Source: Flectonema sp. DT1601 (taxonomy: Eukaryota). Taken from it: a DNA stretch of 64,000 nt. Of this stretch, positions 1 to 10,905 are shown piece after piece; within the stretch, counting starts at the first letter, position 1; each line of letters opens with the position of its first letter. Below the pieces are notes generated by a model that saw only the letters and a program-made list of their open reading frames with translations, was not told where the DNA came from and did not search any database. The position numbers and the translations under genes are program-made. The stretch lies in the NCBI GenBank assembly GCA_964019425.1, contig OZ025786.1, forward strand, positions 1,178,001 through 1,242,000, read 5' to 3'.

Positions 1-475
1 TAGAAGCATGAGGGATTCCAGCGCAATCAAGATCTCTATTATTAGATTGAAGAACATACATACGAACTTCCAAAAGATCATCGTAGGTTATGTTGAACAC
101 ATTTACTGGATATTCCCCAGAAGGGTCCTCAAGGATCGATGTTATTTCGAGTCTAATTTCCTGACCTTCATAAAACACTTCAGGAGAATACTCCATGGTG
201 TAATTATTTATTGATGGCAGAGTCGGTGAAATCGACATACTAAGAGACGTCGTTTTTGAATTTGATTCAGTTGTCGATCTGCTGTCACTGTCACTCTCAG
301 ATTCAGTCAAACTTTTAGTTAATGTCCAAACTGTTTCTGTTTGAGTCGGGACAGTTGATGACTTAGTTCTACTTCCTGAAAAGGTATCAGTCAAGGATAA
401 CGTATTGGTAACTGTACTCTCACTAATTGACGACAACACGAGAAACACAACCCATCGGAGGCTGCATTGAGTCAT
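1..475 (-). CDS. 5' part of a secreted/surface protein with signal peptide and Ser/Thr-rich stalk; runs off the window start
   Basis: Manual translation from ATG at 475 gives MTQCSLRWVVFLVLSSISESTVTNTLSLTDTFSGSRTKSS...YSPEVFYEGQEIRLEI..., open to position 1. It is missing from the ORF track because no stop lies in the window. Confidence 0.75.
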   Translation of the reverse strand, partial: MTQCSLRWVVFLVLSSISESTVTNTLSLTDTFSGSRTKSSTVPTQTETVWTLTKSLTESESDSDSRSTTESNSKTTSLSMSISPTLPSINNYTMEYSPEVFYEGQEIRLEITSILEDPSGEYPVNVFNITYDDLLEVRMYVLQSNNRDLDCAGIPHAS

Positions 476-1611
476 GTTGGTACAGTGACTTACGCTGTTA
501 AAAATAATTATCTGAAATATCATAACGACTGTCAGACTGTGAAAATCCATACTCTCAACTATGTGTGCACCTGTAGCTGTAATAATAAATATAATATAAA
601 ACATCTACTTGCGAGTGATAAAAATTTCTGTTTTTTTTTTTTTTTTTTTTTGTGGTTTTTTTTTCAATTTTCTTTTGTTTGTTCCCTTTTCTTATGAAAA
701 CGAAAACCAAAAAAAAAAAAAGAAAAAAATAAGCAGCAGTCTAAATTTCTTAAATTAATTAATTCCAGGTATGGCAAGGATCAGGGGGGGAAAAAAAAAA
801 AAGGGCCGGGATACACGAGGGATATCATCCCATAGACTTGAAATAACGTGCGAATAAAAACTTGTTAACTAGATTCTCTTACTGAATTTGATAACTAAAA
901 CAAAAAATGATTCCCTCTGTTGATCGCAGAACGTATTACTAAGAGATAGTTCAGTTACCATAATTAATTAGTTGGTTGTATTCATTGGATTGAACGCGGT
1001 ATTATAAAGTCATTCTATTTATGATGACTTCACGCACAGTTGATCAACAAACAAGAATATTACAGATTCTTGTTTAGCGAGAAAAAAAATAAAAAAAAGA
1101 AATGATATATTTATATTACACATCATCCTCATCTCTAAAAATAAGGAACACATAATTGCTATAGTTTGTATACAAAAAACCAAACAAACAACTCGACAGA
1201 GGACCTAATCCAAAGTCGTTTTTCGAAGACTCAGCAACTGGAATGCTGAATAGCTTCAGCTGAAGAGACGTAATTAACTTTATAGTAAAATAAGAATACC
1301 ACTCTTTAGCTTTCCACCTTGCACAGCTTAACTACTTTAAGATTACAAGAAATGATTGAAATTGAAAGAAGAAGAAGAAAAACAACAACACACACACGTT
1401 TTGTTGTTTCTTTTAGCATTGTGTGGAATAGGCAAGTCTTAACCAGCTGTCTCTCTTAGACTCTTCATAGGTAAGTTTTTGGTGAATGCATTCCTTTTTT
1501 TTTTTTTTTTTTTTGATAATTTCGAAATTTATCAAAAACGGTTCTAATCCTTCAAAGGAAATGAGAAGTTGGCCAACTCTAAAATAAAACAACACAATCA
1601 CATCATATGCG

Positions 1612-2339
1612 TGATGTGTAATTCACAGTACCAACACTTCCTTATAGATGAATAGAGGATTCAGCCCAGTCAAGTTGCCGAGAGTTAAAAGGAGAGTAAA
1701 GGAAAGATCTTCAACCAGGAAAAGGGTTTCGAACAAAACTCAAATCTGATGGAGAATAAGAAAAAGAAGGAAAGCTTGAACAATAAAGTCTTTGATAGAC
1801 GTCAGGTAACTAACAATACAATATGATGTAAAGTAAGAACAAGTCTTTGAAAGACCTATCCGCTGAGTCCTTGACACTCATAAAAGAAAAGTAAAGAAAG
1901 CAACAAAGAGAACAATAAAGAAGACTCCCTGAGACAGGGAAAACAACACTCGTAACAGAGTAAAGTCTCTCCTTTGAAACAAGAGATAAAAGTAAAGAAG
2001 TAACAAAGAGAACTCCAGTCAGAGTTAAGAAGACACTCTCAAGACAGGAATGACGACACTCTCAAGACAGGAATGACGACACTCTCAAGACAGGAATGAC
2101 GACACTCTCAAGACAGGAATGACGACACTCTCAAGACAGGAATGACGACACTCTCCAGAGAGGGAAGACACCAACGGCAGCACCTTTTTTTGAAGATAAA
2201 AAAAGTGAAGAATAAAAATTTCGCCCAACTCTCAGAAGGCAGCAGCAGAGAGTGTAACAAATCAAGAAGCAAACAACAACAAACAACGAAAAGTCGCTCC
2301 TAACCATAACAAATCAATGAAGGATGTGCCCACCCAACA
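1612..2339. mobile_element. Possible solo LTR or other TE remnant
   Basis: Block lacks long homopolymers and has internal direct repeats. It is bounded by TGATG...CAACA, with near-matching 4-bp flanks TGCG/TACG. Confidence 0.25.
2033..2155. repeat. 23-bp minisatellite, about 5.3 perfect copies
   Basis: Unit ACACTCTCAAGACAGGAATGACG starts at 2033, 2056, 2079, 2102 and 2125, with a partial copy at 2148. A diverged copy lies near 1922-1950. Confidence 0.95.
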
Positions 2340-2592
2340 TACGTAGTAAACGTAAAGATAAGTAAAGCGAAGGAGTGACAGTTTCATAATACTAAAATAA
2401 GTAACAAGGTTAAAACAAAAGATTAAGCTTCAGTTAGCTAAAAAAACAAAGATAAAACAATAACATTCTCGTACCCAACTAAAATAATATTAGTTTAGGT
2501 ATCCAGAAACCTGGTAGCCACGCACTGCAAGTTGAGCGTCCGATGAATATTACAATGGATGTAATATTTCTTTTTTTTAATTTTCTTTCACA

Positions 2593-2627
<35 letters not shown>

Positions 2628-2771
2628 TAAGTTCGTATTCATTAGTTCGTAGCTCACTACTAGCGGTGCCCACTTCTGTCAAAACAGAATACCGATTTCT
2701 ATGAGGTTAAGCGCCCTATTAGATTGAGTGATTTATGATTTGTTTTAAAGCGAAGGGGAGAGGAAGGGGGG

Positions 2772-2806
<35 letters not shown>

Positions 2807-4493
2807 GTTCTCTATTGCGTTGCGTACGTCAACGAACTTTGTGTGAGTGTTTATAGGCTGTCAAAAGGTTTTCACTTTAACAGTCTAACTGCGTTTACAC
2901 AGCAACAAGTTAGTCACACGAAACATAAACGACAAGTGAAGGATAAAACTCACAGTGAGTCACCACAATTATAGTAAACAAAAGATCACAAATGAAAGAA
3001 CATCAACATTGACAGCACATGAAGCGCAAGTGACAGCTAGTAAGCTTCTCTTTCCCTATTCTCTCTGATTAACGAGGTTGGCTTACTGTCCACTGGACGT
3101 TAGTGGTTATTTTGTATACGGAAAAAACTGAAATCCGATAATTGTGAGCAACTTAGAGAAGGGAACAAAAAATAAAAAAATAAAATAAAATAAAAAAGAA
3201 TAAAACACACTGAGTGTTGAATAAAGTCAGACTAAACAAGATAAAAAAACAAATACAGAAAACAGATTATTAAAAAAAAAAAAAATTAAAAAAAAAGTAA
3301 CTACGAAAAAAAACTCAATAAGCAGGTATCTGTGTTAACAAGGGCAGCAAATAAACCGCTCCTCACATCACAAAAAATACCTTAAAAAAGGAGTGACTGC
3401 ATTTTTTAGGGAGTCAGTTATATAAGATGGGTGCTGTGCAACACAACAACAACAGCAACAACAAGACTCCAATCCATGATACCGCTTTCGTGATCGCAGC
3501 CATAGATAAATAGCAAACAAAGAAATATAATTACGTCTAGAGGACAATATTCCTTGTGGGGGGGGGGGGGGGGGGTAACTTGGATACTAGAATTATATCT
3601 TGGGGGGGATGAAAAAAAAATAAAAATAACAAAACAGAGGGTTAAGGAGAAAAAAACGAATTCAAATAAAACCCGAAAAAAAAAAGACAACGATGAATCG
3701 TTTCCTTTTTATTGCTCAGATCATAGCAAAGTAATTTACTTAATTTTTTTTTATTGTTTCTTGTTATTCATTCCCGTTTGAATACAACAAATATTATTTT
3801 CTGTCGTTTGGTTGCTGTTTTTTTTTTCTTTTTTTTGTCAGTTGAAAGTCGTGTTACCATGAGCTGACAGAAAAAAGAGAAGAAGACTCTGGAAGAGAAA
3901 TTGAAATTTAAGGGGGGAAAAAAAAAAAAGTGAGTGCCTCACCAGTTACCAACGTTGGAATACACAGCGTTTTAGGAGAACTCAATTTTTTCTTTTTATT
4001 TCCTTTTTTTTTATTTTATTTTTTTTCCAATAATTCTAAAACCGAGAGAGAGAGAGAGAAAGAGAGTTAAAAGAAAATAAAACAACAAATTTTAGTGAAA
4101 AAGCGCTGTGGAAAAAAAAATGAACAGAAAAAAACAAAACAAAAAAAAAAAAAAACACACGACACAACAACACACACACAAATAGCGTTTTTCGGTTAGC
4201 TCTTGTATGTAAAACAACAAAACAAAAAAAGATTTTTTTTTTTTTTTTTTTATGTAAATACGAAACTAAATTGATTCACCTCTTCTTCTTCTTTAGGTCA
4301 AAGCACGGCAGTGATAGATTCGAATCTTGTTACCGTTGTGTTGTAGCAATTTCTCATAAATCAGTAGTGTGCCTCATTTCCTTTTACCTTTCTTTTTTTT
4401 TTTTTTTTTTCTTTTAAAGGTTGATAGTTCAATTATATAGAAATACCAACAGGATATGTCATTACATGCATAACGATAGTTTGTACAAGATGA

Positions 4494-4529
<36 letters not shown>

Positions 4530-5509
4530 TGGTAGGTACCTACTTGAAAAGGGGATTCCCTTGTTGAAGTAGTATTTTGGTGAAATGGAAATTTTAAAAA
4601 AAAAAAAAAAAAAAAAGTCCTCTAACTAAGAATGGTGACGAAGCTTCTTGTCAAAGTAAAGAAAAAAAAAAAAAGCTTTGCCACGCTCGTGAAACACAAG
4701 CGGAAGAGAAAAGATTTTAATTTCTATCCCGTCTATTCTTCAGAAATCAACACAGAGGAAGGCAAAAACACAGATCTATTTTTTTATTTTCCCCTCTTTT
4801 TTTTTCTTTTGTTAAACCCTCCGTTTGCGCATCCAAAAAACTGTAACCAAGATTAACTTACAAAAGGTGAGCATGGCATGGATTACGCTGTGCTGCAAAC
4901 ACACAGGTCGGATTGATCGATTTAAAAACAAAAACAGATCGGAGCTAAATTTAAAGAGTTTTTTTATTTATTTATTTTTTTGTATGAAAAACTGTACTAA
5001 GAACCTTTTTATGTTTGGTCATTTCGAAAATTCCAGTCGAACCGACCAATAGAAGAGACATCAGTAAAACTGAGTAGAAATATAATTGAGCTGTTCGGTA
5101 ATTCCCAAGGGTTGAGATATAATAAGAATTGCATGAACTTGCATTGGGGCTTTTGCGCTGCAAGTTAGAAATCAGAAAAATCCTTTTTTTTACACTCACA
5201 AAACGTTTTTTTTTTTTTTTTTTACTTTTTCGCAGTCGCCGAGATCGATTTAACCTAAAAAAAAAAATAAAAAGTTCGTTTAGTTTCAGCGACGCAACTA
5301 GAAAAGGAAAAGGGAGGGGGAAAAAAAAACATGGAGGGCAAAAACGGAGAACGGAATTGTGATCTTTGAATTGTGATCCATCGGATCAGTTGTACTTCCT
5401 TCCATACGAAGGTGTGGATGGAAAAAAAAAATAAAACAAAATTCAAATAAGAAATATTATATTGAATCAGTTCAAGATTAATATTCAAACCAGATCGATC
5501 GTTAGCAAG

Positions 5510-8425
5510 TTAAACACTAACACTCTGAACATCAATATCGGTATCATCCTTATCTTCATCAGACTTTGTTAGTTTAAGAGTCCGTCTCTTTGGGGGTAGT
5601 ATCATAGCACTGCTGCTTTCTCTGCGGATTGATCCGAAACTCTTCTCACGATCGATGTCGTCAATCATTTCAGTCCATGTGAGTGTTCCTCTACCAACGT
5701 CAGTTAGAAGTCCATCCCAGTTGAGATCATGTTTTTTTAAAGAAGTTTCTGAAGTCTTGTCTGTTTCGTCGCTTTCATCGCTGTTACTGCTGCTGCTTGC
5801 TACTTCTTTCATGTCAATTAAAAGTTGAGTTCTATATTCCTCCTCAAGACGTTCAATTCGTTTAGTAAACAACACCCATAAGAATGCAATTCCATCACCA
5901 ATTGTTCGTAACAGGAGAAGACACAACGCGATCATTATAATTGTAGTCCCAACTTCAAATCCCCAGTCATTACGATCTTCACTGTAGAATCCTTTCGCAA
6001 TGAATATCAATCCAATAGTTTGTAAAACCTGACCAAGAAGCTCACTGTGATTGTTTCTATTATGTGCGAAGGGTCGTATTTTCGCAATCGCACATGCATA
6101 AATAATAGTCATCACTGCTAGTATCATTCTCTTATGACCACATTGAACCATAGTATTTACACGAACACCAGCAACCAAAGCCATACCAAGACTGAGTGAC
6201 ATATCCGCTACAATGAATCGAGTTGAGTGAGGAAGAAATCTCCTAAAAGCAACACCGAATCGATTTACAAAGTCTTTGTGTAGGGGAAGCCATTCACCCT
6301 CACCTACGAAGTAAGCTAATCGTTTTCCTGTTGTTTTATCAGTTCTGTACACTGCATTGTCATTGGTGCTTTTTAAGAAGAAAGAAAGCCATATTGCTAC
6401 TGCTAATGATACTATCAGCACTAAGACTCCTATTATGACATGCCACAACACCCCTGGATGAAATGATACTCTAGCAGCTGACAAAGCTGTACCCTGCAAC
6501 AGGAATAAGTAACAAAATAAAGTTGCTGCCGGGAACCTCAGCATCCCCTGGGCCACTAAAGTGTCTCCTGCTGTTCTTAAAAAACTGATGTGTCGATGGC
6601 AGACGTGGATGAGTTGAACAAAAATGAAATGAAGAATTGTGAATCCCAATATAATTGAGAGGTTTCCTACTATACACCCGACGTACTGTGCTTCGCTGTC
6701 GCCTATTTCGAGGGCGGTAGGATGCAAATTCCTAGTGAGAACATCCTGTTCTTCATCTTCTTGACCGCAGCCGGTTCCAAGAGCCATGAGCAAACGAGCT
6801 CCACCCAGAGGAGATGCAAAAGAGAGAAATCCGACAACAACAGCAGCATCCTTCGGGGATGTGTCATTACGGACTGATGTAGGTTCTGGTACAATTGCCT
6901 CCAGCGAAGGTCTAGAAGTAGGACTGGCTGTGGGAAGTTCAGTTGGAACTGCGGTAGGCAACTTCGTGACAGCTGTTGGCACAACAGTCGGAGTACCTGT
7001 TGGAAGTGCCGTACTCCCTATCGGCATAGTAGTAGGTACGGCGGTTGGAATAGCAGTCGGTACCAATGTGGGCGATGTTGTCGGAAGAGAAGTTGGGACA
7101 GTTGTTGGTACAGCAGTTGGAGTGGCTGTTGGTACAGCAGTCGGTAAAGCTGTAGGCACCGTAGTGGGAATGGCAGTCGGTACGGTTGTTGGTACAGCAG
7201 TCGGTACAGCGGTTGGAATGGCCGTTGGAACTGATGTCGGAATGGCAGTCGGTACGGCTGTTGGAATGGCAGTTGGAATAGCTGTAGGAATTGCAGTAGG
7301 TACCACTGTAGGTATTGCCGTTGGTACCGCCGTTGGTACCGCCGTTGGCACCGCTGTTGGCACCGCTGTTGGCACCGCTGTTGGTACTGCCGTTGGTACC
7401 GCCGTTGGTATTGCCGTTGGTACCGCCGTTGGCACCGCTGTTGGTACTGCCGTTGGTACCGCCGTTGGAACAGCAGTGGGGATCGATGTAGGAACGGCTG
7501 TGGGAATTGCTGTTGGCACTGCAGTAGGCACAGCAGTGGGCACCGCTGTGGGTATCGCTGTTGGAACAGCAGTCGGCACTGCAGTGGGGATTAATGTAGG
7601 TATAGCCGTTGGAATAGCTGTAGGCACAGCAGTCGGAACAGCAGTCGGTATCGCCGTTGGAATCGCAGTAGGTATGGCAGTTGGAACAGCAGTCGGTATC
7701 GCCGTTGGAATCGCGGTAGGTATGGCAGTTGGAACAGCAGTCGGTATCGCCGTTGGAATCGCGGTAGGTATGGCCGTTGGAATAGCTGTAGGCACCGCTG
7801 TCGGGATGGCCGTTGGAATTGCAGTGGGTACCGCAGTCGGGACAGCTGTGGGGATTGCTGTTGGCACTGCGGTAGGCACAGCCGTCGGGACAGCAGTCGG
7901 TACAATAGTATCCGGGTAGTCAGTACAAGGACTACAACTAAGTATTCCATACTCTATATCAACACCAACTGTTTTGTGTGATGTTTCTGTAGATTTTAAA
8001 TAACATTCACTAACTGACTTATCCCAAGTCCAATATTTACATAACGGATTCGCAGCACAGAAGTCATTACAGGCACAGCCATCAGGGACGCCGGTTTTTG
8101 TATCAAAGGGAGCGTCTACGCTGTCAACTGTTACGCCTAATTTATAACAAGCAGCAATACCAATAACGCCAGTTCCGGCTACAATGTTTGCAGCAGGGCA
8201 AGAATCTGTATACACTGTGCATACACCACTTTTCCAAACAGTAGTCAATGCATTGGGAACAGCAACTTTAGCATCGACACATTGAGTACCGCCTGTTGCT
8301 GAAACAATCACACCGCCTGTCAGTGGCTTTGTACATTCAACATTTGTGTAGGTTCCCCAAGACCCCCATCCATTAACATTTTCTACAACTAAACTCCATA
8401 TAAACAATGCTATCCATATCTGCAT
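5510..8425 (-). CDS. Surface membrane protein: signal peptide, PAN/Apple-like Cys domain, long PTA(V/I) repeat stalk, multi-pass TM region, cytosolic tail (971 aa)
   Basis: Hydrophobic N-terminus; PAN-like motif CNDFCAANPLCKYWTW...CYLK; ~330 aa of PT repeats; about 8-10 hydrophobic segments. Confidence 0.9.
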   Translation of the reverse strand: MQIWIALFIWSLVVENVNGWGSWGTYTNVECTKPLTGGVIVSATGGTQCVDAKVAVPNALTTVWKSGVCTVYTDSCPAANIVAGTGVIGIAACYKLGVTVDSVDAPFDTKTGVPDGCACNDFCAANPLCKYWTWDKSVSECYLKSTETSHKTVGVDIEYGILSCSPCTDYPDTIVPTAVPTAVPTAVPTAIPTAVPTAVPTAIPTAIPTAVPTAIPTAIPTAIPTAIPTAVPTAIPTAIPTAIPTAVPTAIPTAIPTAIPTAVPTAVPTAIPTAIPTLIPTAVPTAVPTAIPTAVPTAVPTAVPTAIPTAVPTSIPTAVPTAVPTAVPTAVPTAVPTAIPTAVPTAVPTAVPTAVPTAVPTAVPTAVPTAIPTVVPTAIPTAIPTAIPTAVPTAIPTSVPTAIPTAVPTAVPTTVPTAIPTTVPTALPTAVPTATPTAVPTTVPTSLPTTSPTLVPTAIPTAVPTTMPIGSTALPTGTPTVVPTAVTKLPTAVPTELPTASPTSRPSLEAIVPEPTSVRNDTSPKDAAVVVGFLSFASPLGGARLLMALGTGCGQEDEEQDVLTRNLHPTALEIGDSEAQYVGCIVGNLSIILGFTILHFIFVQLIHVCHRHISFLRTAGDTLVAQGMLRFPAATLFCYLFLLQGTALSAARVSFHPGVLWHVIIGVLVLIVSLAVAIWLSFFLKSTNDNAVYRTDKTTGKRLAYFVGEGEWLPLHKDFVNRFGVAFRRFLPHSTRFIVADMSLSLGMALVAGVRVNTMVQCGHKRMILAVMTIIYACAIAKIRPFAHNRNNHSELLGQVLQTIGLIFIAKGFYSEDRNDWGFEVGTTIIMIALCLLLLRTIGDGIAFLWVLFTKRIERLEEEYRTQLLIDMKEVASSSSNSDESDETDKTSETSLKKHDLNWDGLLTDVGRGTLTWTEMIDDIDREKSFGSIRRESSSAMILPPKRRTLKLTKSDEDKDDTDIDVQSVSV

Positions 8426-9172
8426 GGTAGCCGTCTGGAAATGATGAATAAAAAATGATACGACAGGGAATCGAACTGCACAACTAATACTGAAACGTTA
8501 GCAAAAGATCTGTCGGTCAAACCTTTTTTTTTTTAATTACCAGTATTTAACATTAGAGATTTTCGCTATTGGAGAGTCCAATAATTCCATTTGCGTTCTT
8601 CACTAGGAGTGATGATTTTTTTTTTACCCCACGTTCTATTAAGAAAGAAGAGGGAAAAAAAACTCTCCGTTCACACGTTTTGTTAACCAAAAACATCCCT
8701 GGGATATTTTCATACAAACCTGTGAAAAACGAAGTAGCTGTTATGAACCCTTGTTGATTACTGGTAACTAATTTTCACAAGTTTCTGCTTCTGATTCACT
8801 TTCAAGGGTCAATTCCAGTTACGGTGAATAAAGTTCTAACGCGAAAAATTTCTTAAATATTATAACAATATCTTAATTAATATACGCACCCACAGAACTC
8901 ATTTTATCAAACAATAATAATTGTTCGGATTTGAGTTTCAGAAGTAAGGGGAAAAAAAAAAAAAAAAAAAAAAAAACAACAACAACAACAACAACAAAAA
9001 CACACGTTTCTAATCACCCATCAATACTAAATAATGAGATGATAATAAGTTCACAAAGTATGGTAGCATACTACACTCGTAAGAACACAACTCTGAAATA
9101 ACAAAAAGGAAGACAACACAAGAATCTAGTTTTCTCGGTGTGAAGACAACACAACTAAAATAGCTGTGCGGA

Positions 9173-10246
9173 CTATTCAATCAGTGCAGTGCAAGAAGCA
9201 AATTTACACTCATAAGAAGCTAGTTGGGTTAGTTCTCCTTCGTTAAATTTGAATACAGCTACCTTATCAGTATCTTGTTCCTCAGGGTGTAGTTTAGATG
9301 AAATTATGTGACAAGAAACATAAATAAGATCTCTGCTGATTAAGAAGTGTCTCGGAGTAGTTCCACCTGAAAATGATCTTGAGAAAGGAATAAGTTGACC
9401 GTCTGAATCAATTTTAAAAACACAAAATTCATTAGTTGTACGAGTAACTGCTAATAAATATTTTCTACAATTCGAAAGTGAGATTTCTGAAGCTCCTCTG
9501 TGATGAGCATCAGTTCCTTTTACGTTTTCTGGAAGTAATGAGACAGACGAGTTGATTTCCGTTGTTGAAATACCCTTTTTATCGCAATAATCAAACTTGA
9601 ATATAGTGATACTTGACAACAGTTCGTTTAACACATACAAATTATTCTTTTCAAAGTCTACTTCGATATGTCTGGGTCCACCTCCAGGCTGACATTCAAT
9701 CTTACTTAAGAACGTAAGAGAAGAGTGTTCTTGTTTGATGATGTGAACACAGTCAAGACCCAAGTCAGAAACCGCAATAATTCCATCTTTAATTTGCTTT
9801 ACTTCATGAGGGTGAGAAGATTCCTGTCGGAAACTTAAAGCAGGGACTCGAACTGGAGCAGAAACATCAAGTATATTTATGTTCTTTACATCTAAACAAC
9901 CTTCCTCATCGTATGGTACAGCCGTTACTGTTCCTGCTGTGTAAGCAGCGATAACAGCACAGCCTTGTGATAGTAGAATGTGACAAGGGGCTCCAGGAAC
10001 AGGACATTCTCCTTTCTTTATTAACTTTCCATCAGCTACTGAATAACTGAAAATACATCCTCCCTTATCTGTCTCACCAGTGGCAATTAATACTCCGTTA
10101 GAGTATTCCACCCAACTAGGATTAGTCGGCCCATCAACTTCCGCTAGTTGCTCAAGTTTGCGTCCTTCTTCTGATATTCCCCAAACCCGGAGTGACGAGG
10201 TTTCGCTTTTTTCATTCAAATAGTCTGATCGTCCACTTACTAACAT
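9173..10246 (-). CDS. 7-bladed beta-propeller lactonase (6-phosphogluconolactonase Pgl/YbhE family)
   Basis: Motifs NPSW, SHPHEV, VSDLGLD, GGGPRHI, YVLNEL and GGTTPRHF. Likely start is MLVSGRSDY at 10246, since the upstream in-frame part is poly-A noise. Confidence 0.85.
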   Translation of the reverse strand: MLVSGRSDYLNEKSETSSLRVWGISEEGRKLEQLAEVDGPTNPSWVEYSNGVLIATGETDKGGCIFSYSVADGKLIKKGECPVPGAPCHILLSQGCAVIAAYTAGTVTAVPYDEEGCLDVKNINILDVSAPVRVPALSFRQESSHPHEVKQIKDGIIAVSDLGLDCVHIIKQEHSSLTFLSKIECQPGGGPRHIEVDFEKNNLYVLNELLSSITIFKFDYCDKKGISTTEINSSVSLLPENVKGTDAHHRGASEISLSNCRKYLLAVTRTTNEFCVFKIDSDGQLIPFSRSFSGGTTPRHFLISRDLIYVSCHIISSKLHPEEQDTDKVAVFKFNEGELTQLASYECKFASCTALIE

Positions 10247-10635
10247 TGTATTGTGCTTTGTTATTTTGTTTATAGTATTTGAACTGGTAGAAAGAGAATG
10301 TATTTTTTTCTTTTTTTTTTTTTTTATAATAAATGTGATGAAAGCCATTCCAATAGTTAGCCCTGAACTGAATTCTAATCCAAACCCGTGTCTTTACAAC
10401 AGTAAATCAACAAGGCAAGTATCTATCAAGTGTATTGTAGATGACAGTAGCGGCTCTTTATCAGAGGGAAAAAAAAAAAAAAAAGAGATATGGAAATCCA
10501 AGTCGAAGCGATATTTAAGACAAATGGTAATTAAAAAAAATAAACAAAACTAATCTTACAGACTTACACTACAACCAAAAGAAATATTTTAGAAAGAAAG
10601 AAAGAAAAAAAAAAAAAAAAAAAAAACGAGGGAGC

Positions 10636-10778
10636 AAAAACACTATTCAGATAAAGCATTATATTTTGTTGATCGCAGACAGTAATACTGAGCGCACAGG
10701 GAAATAGATAACTTTTTGAACATAATAAATAAACGGACCTTAATCTGAATAGTTTCTTCTCCACTTCGTCGGTGCACA
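10636..10778. mobile_element. Short non-autonomous Helentron-like repeat, copy 1
   Basis: Inverted repeats ACTATTCAGAT (10642) and ATCTGAATAGT (10743), then an imperfect hairpin and CGGTGCACAA. Near-identical to 35166-35281 and similar to 14287-14431. Confidence 0.65.
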
Positions 10779-10905
10779 AGAAAAACATAGTAGTGTAAGA
10801 ACAACGAATACCTCCGTTGCAAAAATATTTAATAACTGGGCTTGCTGTAAGCTCCACACAAAATTAAAAAAATTAATTTCACTGCCTAAGTGATTAAAAC
10901 AACTG

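Noticed and set aside
2033..2155. CRISPR-like array
   Set aside because: The units are contiguous identical 23-mers with no unique spacers, there are no cas genes, and the context is eukaryotic.
6786..7919. 377-aa plus-strand ORF of GTAV/GIAV repeats
   Set aside because: It is the antisense shadow of the PT-repeat stalk of 5510..8425.
10740..10780. Hammerhead ribozyme in the repeat (minus strand CCGACGA...GAAAC)
   Set aside because: The core is not CUGANGA, and the three-stem topology cannot be formed convincingly.
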